This document shows, in pieces, positions 23,271 to 30,833 of a stretch of 32,468 nucleotides of DNA (positions within the stretch are counted from its first letter, which is position 1; every line of letters starts with the position of its first letter). A model generated the notes under the pieces. The model ran no database searches, had not been told where the DNA came from, and was given only the letters and a program-made list of their open reading frames with translations. A program made the translations under genes and the position numbers. The stretch is from positions 1-32,468 of the IMG/VR virus record IMGVR_UViG_3300045988_089817. One strand, 5' to 3'. The stretch is from a virus.

Positions 23271-24527
23271 TTACACCAACCATTCCATCAAAGGCTTTAT
23301 TGCTTTTGAATAATATTCTTTTTCTTCTGGTGTTGTACCCTCTAATTGTTCCAGCATTTTTTTTAATTCGTGTTCCGTTTCTTTAGTTTCTTTTTCAATT
23401 CTAATCATATCTTGGACTACTTCTCTTAAATCTGGTAAAGGTTCATCCTCAAAGGTATCTACATATCTAGGAATATTAAGGTTATAGTCATTTTCAATTA
23501 CTTCTTTATAACTTGCTAAATGTGAATATTTTTCTATTTCATTTCTATTTTGATACGTTTCTATTATTTTATTTATTTGAACGTCGCTCATATCATTTTG
23601 TTTTGCTTGATTTATGCAATTTTTAGAACTATCTATAAATAAAATATTATTATCTTTTTTATTTTTATTTAATATTAATATGCAAGTGGGTATTTGTGTA
23701 TTTAAGAACATTTTATCAGGTAAACCTATAATACTATCAATTAAATTATTATCTATTAGTTGTTTTCTTATTTTGCCTTCTGCTTGCCCTCTAAATAAAA
23801 TTCCATGAGGTAATATCATGAATGCTTTACCATTTTCATCTAATCTATATAAAATATCTAATATAAATGCAAAATCTGCTTTTGACTTTGGTGCTAATTC
23901 ATACGTATTAAATCTTTCATCTGCTATTGGTTGCCATTCTAATGAATATGGAGGGTTAGATATTATAGTATTATATTTTCTTTTTTCAATATTTTCAACT
24001 TTTGATATAATACTATATCTTTCTCCTTTTTCCAATTTATAAATATCTAATATTTCATTCTTTAATACATCTTTTCTTAATACATATCCTTTGACATTTC
24101 TTATTGCTAAATTAAACAATAAAGTTGATATACTTCTTTGTGATAATTCTTCACATACTATCGATAAATCATTATTTTCATTATAAGAGAATATACTTAA
24201 TGCTCCTGTCCCACTACATACATCTAGCAATGTATCTTTTTCATTTTGTAATTTTGAGATGATTTTACATATTGCGTCTGGTGTATAATCTTGCTTTAAA
24301 CTTTTTCTATCTGCGTGCTGTTCTTGAAAATAATCTCTAAAAATGTCTTTTGTTAAATCAACATCATATCCCATAAATTTATCAAATAACTTAATCATTG
24401 AATTGTTATCTAATAATAAAGCCATAAGTTTATCAGGTAATTCATAACTTTCTTTTATTTCTAAAAGATTATTTATTATTTGATTTGTTATTTTCTTATC
24501 TCTGAATAATGACATTTGATTATCCAT
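23271..24527 (-). CDS. N6-adenine DNA methyltransferase, type I HsdM-like
   Basis: Motif I is LLDVCSGTGAL and motif IV is IISNPPYSLEW. I moved the start to ATG 24527 (SD AGGTGG), because the track start is a GTG inside the SD. Confidence 0.8.
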   Translation of the reverse strand: MDNQMSLFRDKKITNQIINNLLEIKESYELPDKLMALLLDNNSMIKLFDKFMGYDVDLTKDIFRDYFQEQHADRKSLKQDYTPDAICKIISKLQNEKDTLLDVCSGTGALSIFSYNENNDLSIVCEELSQRSISTLLFNLAIRNVKGYVLRKDVLKNEILDIYKLEKGERYSIISKVENIEKRKYNTIISNPPYSLEWQPIADERFNTYELAPKSKADFAFILDILYRLDENGKAFMILPHGILFRGQAEGKIRKQLIDNNLIDSIIGLPDKMFLNTQIPTCILILNKNKKDNNILFIDSSKNCINQAKQNDMSDVQINKIIETYQNRNEIEKYSHLASYKEVIENDYNLNIPRYVDTFEDEPLPDLREVVQDMIRIEKETKETEHELKKMLEQLEGTTPEEKEYYSKAIKPLMEWLV

Positions 24528-24553
24528 TATTACCACCTACTTAATAATATCTT

Positions 24554-24760
24554 TTAATCTTTCTTACTTAGTTCCTCTTTCCAAGGAGTATAACCTATAT
24601 TAATGCGATTATTTTCATAATTTACATCATCATATATAATAAATCCTTTTTTATCTACTAATGCAAGACTTCCACAACACCCACAACCTACAAGCCCCAT
24701 TTCATACTTTTTGCAAAGTTTTTCATATTCTTCCAAAAAGTTTTTAACTTCTTCTCTCAT
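24554..24760 (-). CDS. hypothetical Cys-rich protein (68 aa)
   Basis: ORF with a GCGCCGS cluster. It is ATGA-coupled to the upstream gene. Confidence 0.45.
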   Translation of the reverse strand: MREEVKNFLEEYEKLCKKYEMGLVGCGCCGSLALVDKKGFIIYDDVNYENNRINIGYTPWKEELSKKD

Positions 24761-25173
24761 TATTTCAACTCCGCCATTTCTAATGTTTCTTCATTTAATC
24801 CTTCAACATATTCAATTGCTTTTTCTTTGTTATTATATGCTTTTGTTAAACCTAAGCCATTTTTAACTACCCATACTTGTGATACTTCTACTTCGGCATC
24901 TATGATAGTACCTTTATCTTTTTCATTTTTAGTTTTAGTATATTTGTCCACAGGTTTAGTGATTGTAATTTTATTATATTCTGCATTTTTATCAATTATC
25001 ATTTCAAATAATGCTTTCTTATAACTTATTTCATCTAATTCCATATATTCTACATTGCATAATAGTTGACCTGTAGGTATTAACATATAATTTCCTTTTT
25101 CATCTTCATATTTTGCTATTTCTTTTGTTACCTTTGTTATATTTTTATTAAACTTAATTAAATCTCTTTCCAT
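24760..25173 (-). CDS. hypothetical protein (137 aa)
   Basis: ORF with RBS AGGAGGAAAATAAAAAATG. Confidence 0.5.
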   Translation of the reverse strand: MERDLIKFNKNITKVTKEIAKYEDEKGNYMLIPTGQLLCNVEYMELDEISYKKALFEMIIDKNAEYNKITITKPVDKYTKTKNEKDKGTIIDAEVEVSQVWVVKNGLGLTKAYNNKEKAIEYVEGLNEETLEMAELK

Positions 25174-25187
25174 TTTTTATTTTCCTC

Positions 25188-25484
25188 CTAGTTTTCATAA
25201 ATTACTTTTTTGCCATATTCAACAGCAATTTCGTGTTCTATTTTGCATCCTCTAGCATATTGCCAGCCTTTCATGAAGAATACCACATCTGCTTGTGCTA
25301 AATATTCAATGCTCTTTGATAAATACCATATTGCTTCATCAATGGCTTTTGGTGCTGTATCAAAGACAGTGTCTAACACTTCATAACCTTCATTTTCTAG
25401 TTCACTTACTAATACTTTTCTTTCTTCTTTTATTTGTTCATTTGTTTTTCCTCTCATGGGTTGGCTTATCATTATTTTTTTCAT
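25188..25484 (-). CDS. DUF4406 / nucleoside 2-deoxyribosyltransferase-like protein
   Basis: MISQPMRGKT...GYEVLDT...W...S...LAQADVVFFMKGWQYARGCKIEHEIAVEYGKKV follows the DUF4406 pattern. Confidence 0.6.
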   Translation of the reverse strand: MKKIMISQPMRGKTNEQIKEERKVLVSELENEGYEVLDTVFDTAPKAIDEAIWYLSKSIEYLAQADVVFFMKGWQYARGCKIEHEIAVEYGKKVIYEN

Positions 25485-25873
25485 TATTTTCCTCCTAATT
25501 GACTTGTTTCTTTTAATCTTCCTTTTAAATTATCAAATACTTCTTTTGTAGGTATAAATATTTGAGGTATCTGATTAATTCTTCTTAATTCTCTCCAATA
25601 CTTTCGTTCTTCTTTATCTTTTATACTTGCTATGTTTATTGTTCTTGATTTTATAATATCGTACAAAGGCTCAGTCTTAGGCACACTTCCTAATTTCTTT
25701 TTAAATTCAAATAAACCCAATCTCATAAACTCTTCGTATGAGATGTTTTCATATCTACTACAATAAAAGGCATAGGCTTGGTCTAAATCCTCTTTATAAG
25801 CAAAGCAAAATATTGTTTTATTGCTTATTTTTTTGCTATAATTATTCTTTATTTCCCTCACTGGGAGTATCAT
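25484..25873 (-). CDS. hypothetical protein (129 aa)
   Basis: ORF starting at an ATG and overlapping both neighbours. Confidence 0.45.
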   Translation of the reverse strand: MILPVREIKNNYSKKISNKTIFCFAYKEDLDQAYAFYCSRYENISYEEFMRLGLFEFKKKLGSVPKTEPLYDIIKSRTINIASIKDKEERKYWRELRRINQIPQIFIPTKEVFDNLKGRLKETSQLGGK

Positions 25874-26312
25874 CTAGTCCTTTGTTAATAATCTGTCCTA
25901 ACTTAGAACTAAATAATTGTAGTTGTATGGGTTGCTCTGCTTCTGGTATATTATCAATACCCATATCATCAAATAAATCTTTTATATTCTTACCGAATAA
26001 TTTTTCTATCATTTCATTTAATATGATAGCCTCTTCTAATTGAATATAAAATTTTTCATATTCTTGATAATTAGTTTCATCATAAGTTATATGACCTTTT
26101 CCATCATCTTTTTTGATTATAAGGTCATTTTTTGTTATTCCTTGTTTACTTAATTCTTTATACATATTAAGTCTTGCTGTTGCTACAATTCCTTGCAGTT
26201 TTTCAGCCATTTCAATTGTTCTTTTGAATTCAATAGATACTTCTTTTTTATCTTTGCTAGTATAAACTAATTTGTAAGTATCTAAGTCAATTTTAATAAA
26301 TTCATATTTCAT
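25842..26312 (-). CDS. hypothetical protein (156 aa), first gene of the middle operon
   Basis: I moved the start to ATG 26312. The track start is a TTG lying inside the SD (TTGGAGGATAAAATG). Confidence 0.5.
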   Translation of the reverse strand: MKYEFIKIDLDTYKLVYTSKDKKEVSIEFKRTIEMAEKLQGIVATARLNMYKELSKQGITKNDLIIKKDDGKGHITYDETNYQEYEKFYIQLEEAIILNEMIEKLFGKNIKDLFDDMGIDNIPEAEQPIQLQLFSSKLGQIINKGLDDTPSEGNKE

Positions 26313-26490
26313 TTTATCCTCCAATTCTAAAAAAGTTAGAAATTATCAAACTCACTAAAGGCAAACTCATAATTTCATAAAAGAATATTTATTGGAGAAC
26401 AAACATTTTATATCTTTAAAAGGTGTGAATAATATGTTTAAGAAAATAATATTTTTAGTTTTTGCTTGTTCTCCTACTTTTCCACTTCCT

Positions 26491-26519
26491 ATTATAGCAC
26501 AATTATTTCTTTATTGCAA
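26491..26519 (-). promoter_or_regulatory. near-consensus promoter (TTGCAA-17-TGcTATAAT) with a ~170-nt leader
   Basis: On the minus strand, TTGCAA is at 26519..26514, the spacer is 17 nt, TG is at 26499..26498, and TATAAT is at 26496..26491. Confidence 0.65.
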
Positions 26520-26694
26520 CTAAATTATTACATCTTATACAATATACTTCGTTTTTGCTATTAGTCATAAATAAACTTTTTTTATAACATTTAGGACATA
26601 TTTCTTTTGGCTTTCTGCTATATGTCTTGTGTATTTCTTTTAATTTATCTTTTTCTCTTTCTCTTAATATTTTTCTTTCACTATTTTGGCTCAT
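26503..26694 (-). CDS. zinc-ribbon protein (63 aa)
   Basis: It has CPKC...CIRC motifs. The start is set at ATG 26694, preceded by GGAGGTAATAAAAATG. Confidence 0.5.
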   Translation of the reverse strand: MSQNSERKILREREKDKLKEIHKTYSRKPKEICPKCYKKSLFMTNSKNEVYCIRCNNLVAIKK

Positions 26695-27253
26695 TTTTAT
26701 TACCTCCATTATATTTTTCTTTACATTCTTTTATAAACTTTTTTATTATTCTACTCGCTTGGGCTTGTGTAATATTTGTTTTTTTTGATATTTGGATTTG
26801 AGTTAATTCTTTATAGCCTAATAAGCCATAAGTAGAACATATTATTAATTTATCTCTTTCGCTTAATTTGAATATTTCTTTATAAATTAATTCTAATCTT
26901 TCTTTTTTTATAATGTTATCTTCTATATTTTCTTTTGAAGGAATTACATCTAATAAATATAATTCTTTACCATTATCATTTATTTGTGTATAAATTGATA
27001 TGTCTTGTATCCCATTTCCTCTTTTTTGCATAGATTGTTTTCTTTTATAAGCAAGTATTTCATTAGTTATGCATGATGTTAAATATGTTGATGCTTTATA
27101 GCCTTTATCTCCACTGTAAGTATTAGCACCTTTAACTAATCCTATCATTCCTATGTCATAATATTCATCAAGTTGATTATATAAATTATATCTTTTTAAC
27201 ACCATATATATTAAATTTATATTATCTAATATTAACTTTTCTTTCGTTAACAT
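26681..27253 (-). CDS. sigma-70 family RNA polymerase sigma factor (regions 2 and 4)
   Basis: Region 2-like: YDIGMIGLVKGANTYSGDKGYKASTYLTSCITNEILAYKRK. Region 4-like: LSERDKLIICSTYGLLGYKELTQIQISKKTNITQAQASRIIKKFIKE. Confidence 0.8.
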   Translation of the reverse strand: MLTKEKLILDNINLIYMVLKRYNLYNQLDEYYDIGMIGLVKGANTYSGDKGYKASTYLTSCITNEILAYKRKQSMQKRGNGIQDISIYTQINDNGKELYLLDVIPSKENIEDNIIKKERLELIYKEIFKLSERDKLIICSTYGLLGYKELTQIQISKKTNITQAQASRIIKKFIKECKEKYNGGNKNEPK

Positions 27254-27393
27254 TTTAATTCCTCATCTATTTCTCTTATCTGTTTAGCAAAATATTCAGT
27301 ATAAAATTTATCTTTAAATTGTTTGGCAAGTTTATATCTTTCTAAAAAAGATTGTCTTATTTTCAATAGTTCTCTTCTTCTATGTGGTTCCAT
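27247..27393 (-). CDS. mini-ORF (48 aa), basic helical
   Basis: My translation is MEPHRRRELLKIRQSFLERYKLAKQFKDKFYTEYFAKQIREIDEELKC. It overlaps the sigma gene start. Confidence 0.35.
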   Translation of the reverse strand: MEPHRRRELLKIRQSFLERYKLAKQFKDKFYTEYFAKQIREIDEELKC

Positions 27394-27456
27394 TATTTTC
27401 CTCTTTTTTCTTTTTTATTGCTATTGGTCTAACTCTTGATTCAATAATTTTATTCA

Positions 27457-27630
27457 TTATCTTCTTCTTCCTTTCATTTTTTCTTCTTGATATATCTCTA
27501 GTACCCACTTCAAGTTAAGTAATGCACTCTTTACTGCTTCACTTGCTGGTAAACTTAATAAATAATTTATTTTTAATGATATCTTTTGTTCAAAATTCAA
27601 GTCCTCATAATTTATATTTATATCTTTCAT
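27457..27630 (-). CDS. mini-ORF (57 aa)
   Basis: My translation is MKDININYEDLNFEQKISLKINYLLSLPASEAVKSALLNLKWVLEIYQEEKMKGRRR. It has a strong RBS (AGGAGGTAATTATG). Confidence 0.45.
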   Translation of the reverse strand: MKDININYEDLNFEQKISLKINYLLSLPASEAVKSALLNLKWVLEIYQEEKMKGRRR

Positions 27631-27639
27631 AATTACCTC

Positions 27640-27798
27640 CTATTCATCACTATTTTTATAACTAAAACCTATATAAATTCTAATGCCATTTTCTTTAAAC
27701 ATTTTATTTAATAATAATATGAAATCTCTTATACCTTTAGCATCGTTTTTAAAATCTATTTTTCTTTTATAATCATAATCATAAATTGTTATTTTCAT
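27640..27798 (-). CDS. mini-ORF (52 aa)
   Basis: My translation is MKITIYDYDYKRKIDFKNDAKGIRDFILLLNKMFKENGIRIYIGFSYKNSDE. It has an ATGA overlap with the upstream ORF. Confidence 0.4.
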   Translation of the reverse strand: MKITIYDYDYKRKIDFKNDAKGIRDFILLLNKMFKENGIRIYIGFSYKNSDE

Positions 27799-27992
27799 TT
27801 TTCATCAAATCTCCATTCTACATAACTTTTTAAATACCTTATTTGTATTGTTATTTTATGACCATTAATTTCTAATATAGTCCATTCTTTTTGCCCTACA
27901 TAATGAGTTGTTCCTTGAGTATTAGATATTATGTTATCTATTATAAAGCCAATAGTTGAATAATTTAAACTAGTATTATTTATTATTTTCAT
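27795..27992 (-). CDS. hypothetical protein (65 aa)
   Basis: Track ORF with RBS GAGGAGGATGTAACAAAGTATG. Confidence 0.5.
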   Translation of the reverse strand: MKIINNTSLNYSTIGFIIDNIISNTQGTTHYVGQKEWTILEINGHKITIQIRYLKSYVEWRFDEK

Positions 27993-28009
27993 ACTTTGTT
28001 ACATCCTCC

Positions 28010-28105
28010 TCAATAATATTCTTCTAAATATTCGCTAAGTTTTTTAAAAAAATTTTCGCAGGCTTTTTTAATCATCAATTCTAGTTCTTCTTTAGTTTTA
28101 GTCAT
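28010..28105 (-). CDS. mini-ORF (31 aa)
   Basis: My translation is MTKTKEELELMIKKACENFFKKLSEYLEEYY. Its ATG overlaps the upstream ORF's end. Confidence 0.25.
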   Translation of the reverse strand: MTKTKEELELMIKKACENFFKKLSEYLEEYY

Positions 28106-28196
28106 TCTTCCACTCCTTTATCATCAAAATTAATCCTATAATTGCTCCTATACCAATAACCCCCAATATAATTAATGGTATATATAATATAAGCAT
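28098..28196 (-). CDS. possible membrane peptide (32 aa)
   Basis: My translation is MLILYIPLIILGVIGIGAIIGLILMIKEWKND. It abuts the upstream stop codon. Confidence 0.3.
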   Translation of the reverse strand: MLILYIPLIILGVIGIGAIIGLILMIKEWKND

Positions 28197-28442
28197 TTAA
28201 TCATCTACTTTCTCTACTAAATCTGCTTTTATTAAATCATATACTTTATCTTGATTTTTATCATATAAATACCAGTAATTATTATCATACCAGCCACTTG
28301 TACTATATTGAATTATTATTTTTCTATTAGTATCTACTATTGCTACTATAGGCAAAGGATTTAATGGCTGAAATCTAAAGCCTTTTTCAAACCCATACTT
28401 TTCTAATTCTTTTAAATCTACATTATCTTTAATCTTTAACAT
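28197..28442 (-). CDS. hypothetical protein (81 aa)
   Basis: Track ORF with RBS AGGAGGAAGAATAATG. Confidence 0.5.
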   Translation of the reverse strand: MLKIKDNVDLKELEKYGFEKGFRFQPLNPLPIVAIVDTNRKIIIQYSTSGWYDNNYWYLYDKNQDKVYDLIKADLVEKVDD

Positions 28443-28454
28443 TATTCTTCCTCC

Positions 28455-28658
28455 TTACCACTTATAAGTCCACATCAAATATAATACATAACTTAATATT
28501 GCTGTTAATAATAATAAATTAATTATAATTAAATATGCTTTTATATCTTCTTGTTTATCTTTTTTTAATATTCTTAATTGTTCTCTTTCAGTCTTACTTG
28601 TAGGAAATTCTTTTTTTAATTTCCACATTTGAAATCTACTTATTTTTTCTGGTTTCAT
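28455..28658 (-). CDS. small membrane protein (67 aa, C-terminal TM)
   Basis: It has a hydrophobic helix (AYLIIINLLLLTAILSYVLYLMW). Confidence 0.45.
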   Translation of the reverse strand: MKPEKISRFQMWKLKKEFPTSKTEREQLRILKKDKQEDIKAYLIIINLLLLTAILSYVLYLMWTYKW

Positions 28659-29164
28659 TTTATCCTCCTAAAATCTTTGCAAGCCTCTGTATTTTTTGTT
28701 ATTCTTATTTTTCTATATCTACAATAATATGTAGGTATTGAATTACCTTTTATTTGCCTTTTTTCTAATAATCTGCAATTTTTACATCTATCTTTTATTT
28801 CTTTTTTCTCTTCTGATATTATAATTCTTTCTCTAAGGCTATTTTTTTTATCATATTTGAGTGTTTTCATCAAACTAGATAAATCCATTATGTTTTCTTT
28901 TTTAATTAAATATGACCTACAAAATTGTTTTATTTGGTCTCTTAATGATATATTTTTGCCATTATCTAACGATTGATGACATTTAATACATAACATAACA
29001 CCATTTTCTTTGCAACCTTTGCCACCATGAGCCCTTGATAAGAATATATGTGCTATTTGTAATGCTCCATTATTTCCACAAAAGACACACCTATTATTAT
29101 CTCTTTTCTTTATATATTTTCTTGTTTCTTTGTCAAACTCACACCATTGACTTCTTATACTCAT
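28655..29164 (-). CDS. HNH endonuclease (169 aa) with extra Cys clusters
   Basis: CVFCGNNGALQIAHIFLSRAHGGKGCKENGVMLCIKCH is a CxxC...H...N...CxxCH HNH core. Confidence 0.7.
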   Translation of the reverse strand: MSIRSQWCEFDKETRKYIKKRDNNRCVFCGNNGALQIAHIFLSRAHGGKGCKENGVMLCIKCHQSLDNGKNISLRDQIKQFCRSYLIKKENIMDLSSLMKTLKYDKKNSLRERIIISEEKKEIKDRCKNCRLLEKRQIKGNSIPTYYCRYRKIRITKNTEACKDFRRIK

Positions 29165-29364
29165 TATCTTGCCTCTTCAAAAAAATCTTTTATTTCAGCA
29201 TTATTATCTATGCTTTTTGTTATAGCATACGCTGTTGTTTTTTTGCATAGTGTTGCTTGATTATATATACTATTCATATATTGTCTAGTTATTCCAACTT
29301 CTTCTGCTATTTTTGCTTGATTTAATTTTATTTTATCAAACTTTTCTTTTTTAAATCTATACAT
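29164..29364 (-). CDS. XRE-like helix-turn-helix protein (66 aa; alternative start at 29385)
   Basis: LNQAKIAEEVGITRQYMNSIYNQ is an HTH. Confidence 0.55.
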   Translation of the reverse strand: MYRFKKEKFDKIKLNQAKIAEEVGITRQYMNSIYNQATLCKKTTAYAITKSIDNNAEIKDFFEEAR

Positions 29365-29968
29365 CTTCTTCTTCCTTTCTCTCATTTTCCATTTCTAAAT
29401 ATTCTTTTACTAATTTTATTGCCATTTCTTCATTTACTGGCAATTTATAGAATTTTCTTTTTTCTTCTCTTAAATGCATAAAAGATAATATTTCTATGCT
29501 TTTATGATATGTTTGCTCGTATCCTATTTTATATAAATTTACCTGTAATGCTATTTTTTCTTTATTAGGTGCTGATACTCTTTTAAAATCATTTATACAT
29601 AACCTTCCATCTACTTTGCATAACTGGTCTAGTGTACCTGCATATATTACTTTTCCATCTTTTTCATATATAATAGGTATTTCGTTTTCTAGGTTTTCTA
29701 TTTTGTAATGTTTTTTTAGGAATAAATAATTTTTAAATTCTTTTAAATCACTTGTTTTACCTTCTTTTTCAAACAATTCAATAGCAAGGTGTAAGTTACT
29801 TCCTAGTTCTGCAGCACGATTTAATACTTCTTTTGAAACACCTACATAATCATTAAATTTAGTTTTTAATATAGTTGATACACTAGGTACTATTAAACCA
29901 TCGCATACATAGGTATGTGTTTCTTCTATAAATTCTAAAAGATGATTACCTAACTGCCATGTTTTCAT
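29357..29968 (-). CDS. PD-(D/E)xK family nuclease (recombination exonuclease candidate)
   Basis: EETHTYVCDGLIVPSVSTIL is the N-terminal motif. It also has GTLDQL and INDFKR (D...D-x-K). I moved the start to ATG 29968; the track extension overlaps the HNH gene. Confidence 0.6.
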   Translation of the reverse strand: MKTWQLGNHLLEFIEETHTYVCDGLIVPSVSTILKTKFNDYVGVSKEVLNRAAELGSNLHLAIELFEKEGKTSDLKEFKNYLFLKKHYKIENLENEIPIIYEKDGKVIYAGTLDQLCKVDGRLCINDFKRVSAPNKEKIALQVNLYKIGYEQTYHKSIEILSFMHLREEKRKFYKLPVNEEMAIKLVKEYLEMENERKEEEDV

Positions 29969-30461
29969 TTTTCTTTTCCTTTTCAATTTGAATAATGTCA
30001 TATATTTTTGTTTTACCAACATTAAATTCTTTTGCCAATTTTTTATATGACTTTCCTTTTTTATTTTCGTTATAAATATACTCATATTTTTCTAATGGTA
30101 TTTTCCTTTTTTTAAGTCCTAAATTTAAAGCATGTATCAAGTTGTCTCTTGCAGAGCAATATTCCAAATTATTAATGTTGTTATTTAGTTTGTTGCCATC
30201 AATATGATTAACTTGTTTATTATCTGGTTCTCCTATAAATGTTTTAGCAACAATTCTGTGTACTAAATACATTCTTTTTTTATTATCTTTTGACAGCATG
30301 ATATGATAGTAACCATCTGTTCCGATGTTGTTAGTAAGTATTTTATTGCTTTCCCATGAAGTAAATTGATTTTTATATTTTCCAATTCTTTTAACTCTTC
30401 CTAAATTACTAATTTGATATAATCCCTCATATCCTTTTATATCTTTCCATATTTCTTTCAT
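29946..30461 (-). CDS. free-standing homing endonuclease, NUMOD4 + HNH_3 type, with C-terminal HTH
   Basis: WKDIKGYEGLYQISNLGRVKR is a NUMOD4 motif. HRIVAKTF...VNHIDGNKLNNNINNLEY is the HNH_3 core. The C-terminus has SYKKLAKEFNVGKTKIYDI. The start is set at ATG 30461. Confidence 0.8.
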   Translation of the reverse strand: MKEIWKDIKGYEGLYQISNLGRVKRIGKYKNQFTSWESNKILTNNIGTDGYYHIMLSKDNKKRMYLVHRIVAKTFIGEPDNKQVNHIDGNKLNNNINNLEYCSARDNLIHALNLGLKKRKIPLEKYEYIYNENKKGKSYKKLAKEFNVGKTKIYDIIQIEKEKKNENMAVR

Positions 30462-30483
30462 TATTCTTCCCCTTTTCATATTA

Positions 30484-30828
30484 TTATTTTATCTTGATTA
30501 ATAATGAACTTTTAACTGGTGTAAACTCTACATAAGTATCATATAAATCAGGTAAATCTTTTTTAAAATCTTTTGTTCTAAATGTTTCTTTCTCAGTTGG
30601 TGCTTTGTAAGTAATACTAATATTTTCATCTGATATTTTTATAATGCCTTTATCTTCCATTTCTTTTAATAAGGTTTCTCTTATTGCATCTTCTTTTCTT
30701 TTTAATTCTTTTTTTTCTTCATCTATCATTTTTAATTCTGATGTAATTATATCTGCTAATTGATAGTTATCTTCTTTTTTTACTATAAAATTATATAAAT
30801 CTACTTTTTTCACTTCGTTTTCTTGCAT
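30484..30828 (-). CDS. hypothetical recombination-module protein (114 aa)
   Basis: Coiled-coil ORF directly downstream of the ERF gene. Confidence 0.45.
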   Translation of the reverse strand: MQENEVKKVDLYNFIVKKEDNYQLADIITSELKMIDEEKKELKRKEDAIRETLLKEMEDKGIIKISDENISITYKAPTEKETFRTKDFKKDLPDLYDTYVEFTPVKSSLLIKIK

Positions 30829-30833
30829 AATAA

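Noticed and set aside
26434-26523. Plus-strand 29-aa lipoprotein-like mini-ORF (MFKKIIFLVFACSPTF...) in the middle-operon leader
   Set aside because: It would be the only plus-strand gene. Its SD is weak (AAAGGTG), it has no plus-strand promoter, and it overlaps the minus-strand promoter. It is probably fortuitous.
29114-29136. TTGACA-16-TATAAA promoter-like sequence inside the HNH gene 28655..29164
   Set aside because: It is internal to a coding region with a suboptimal spacer and -10, and no gene start lies at a suitable distance.
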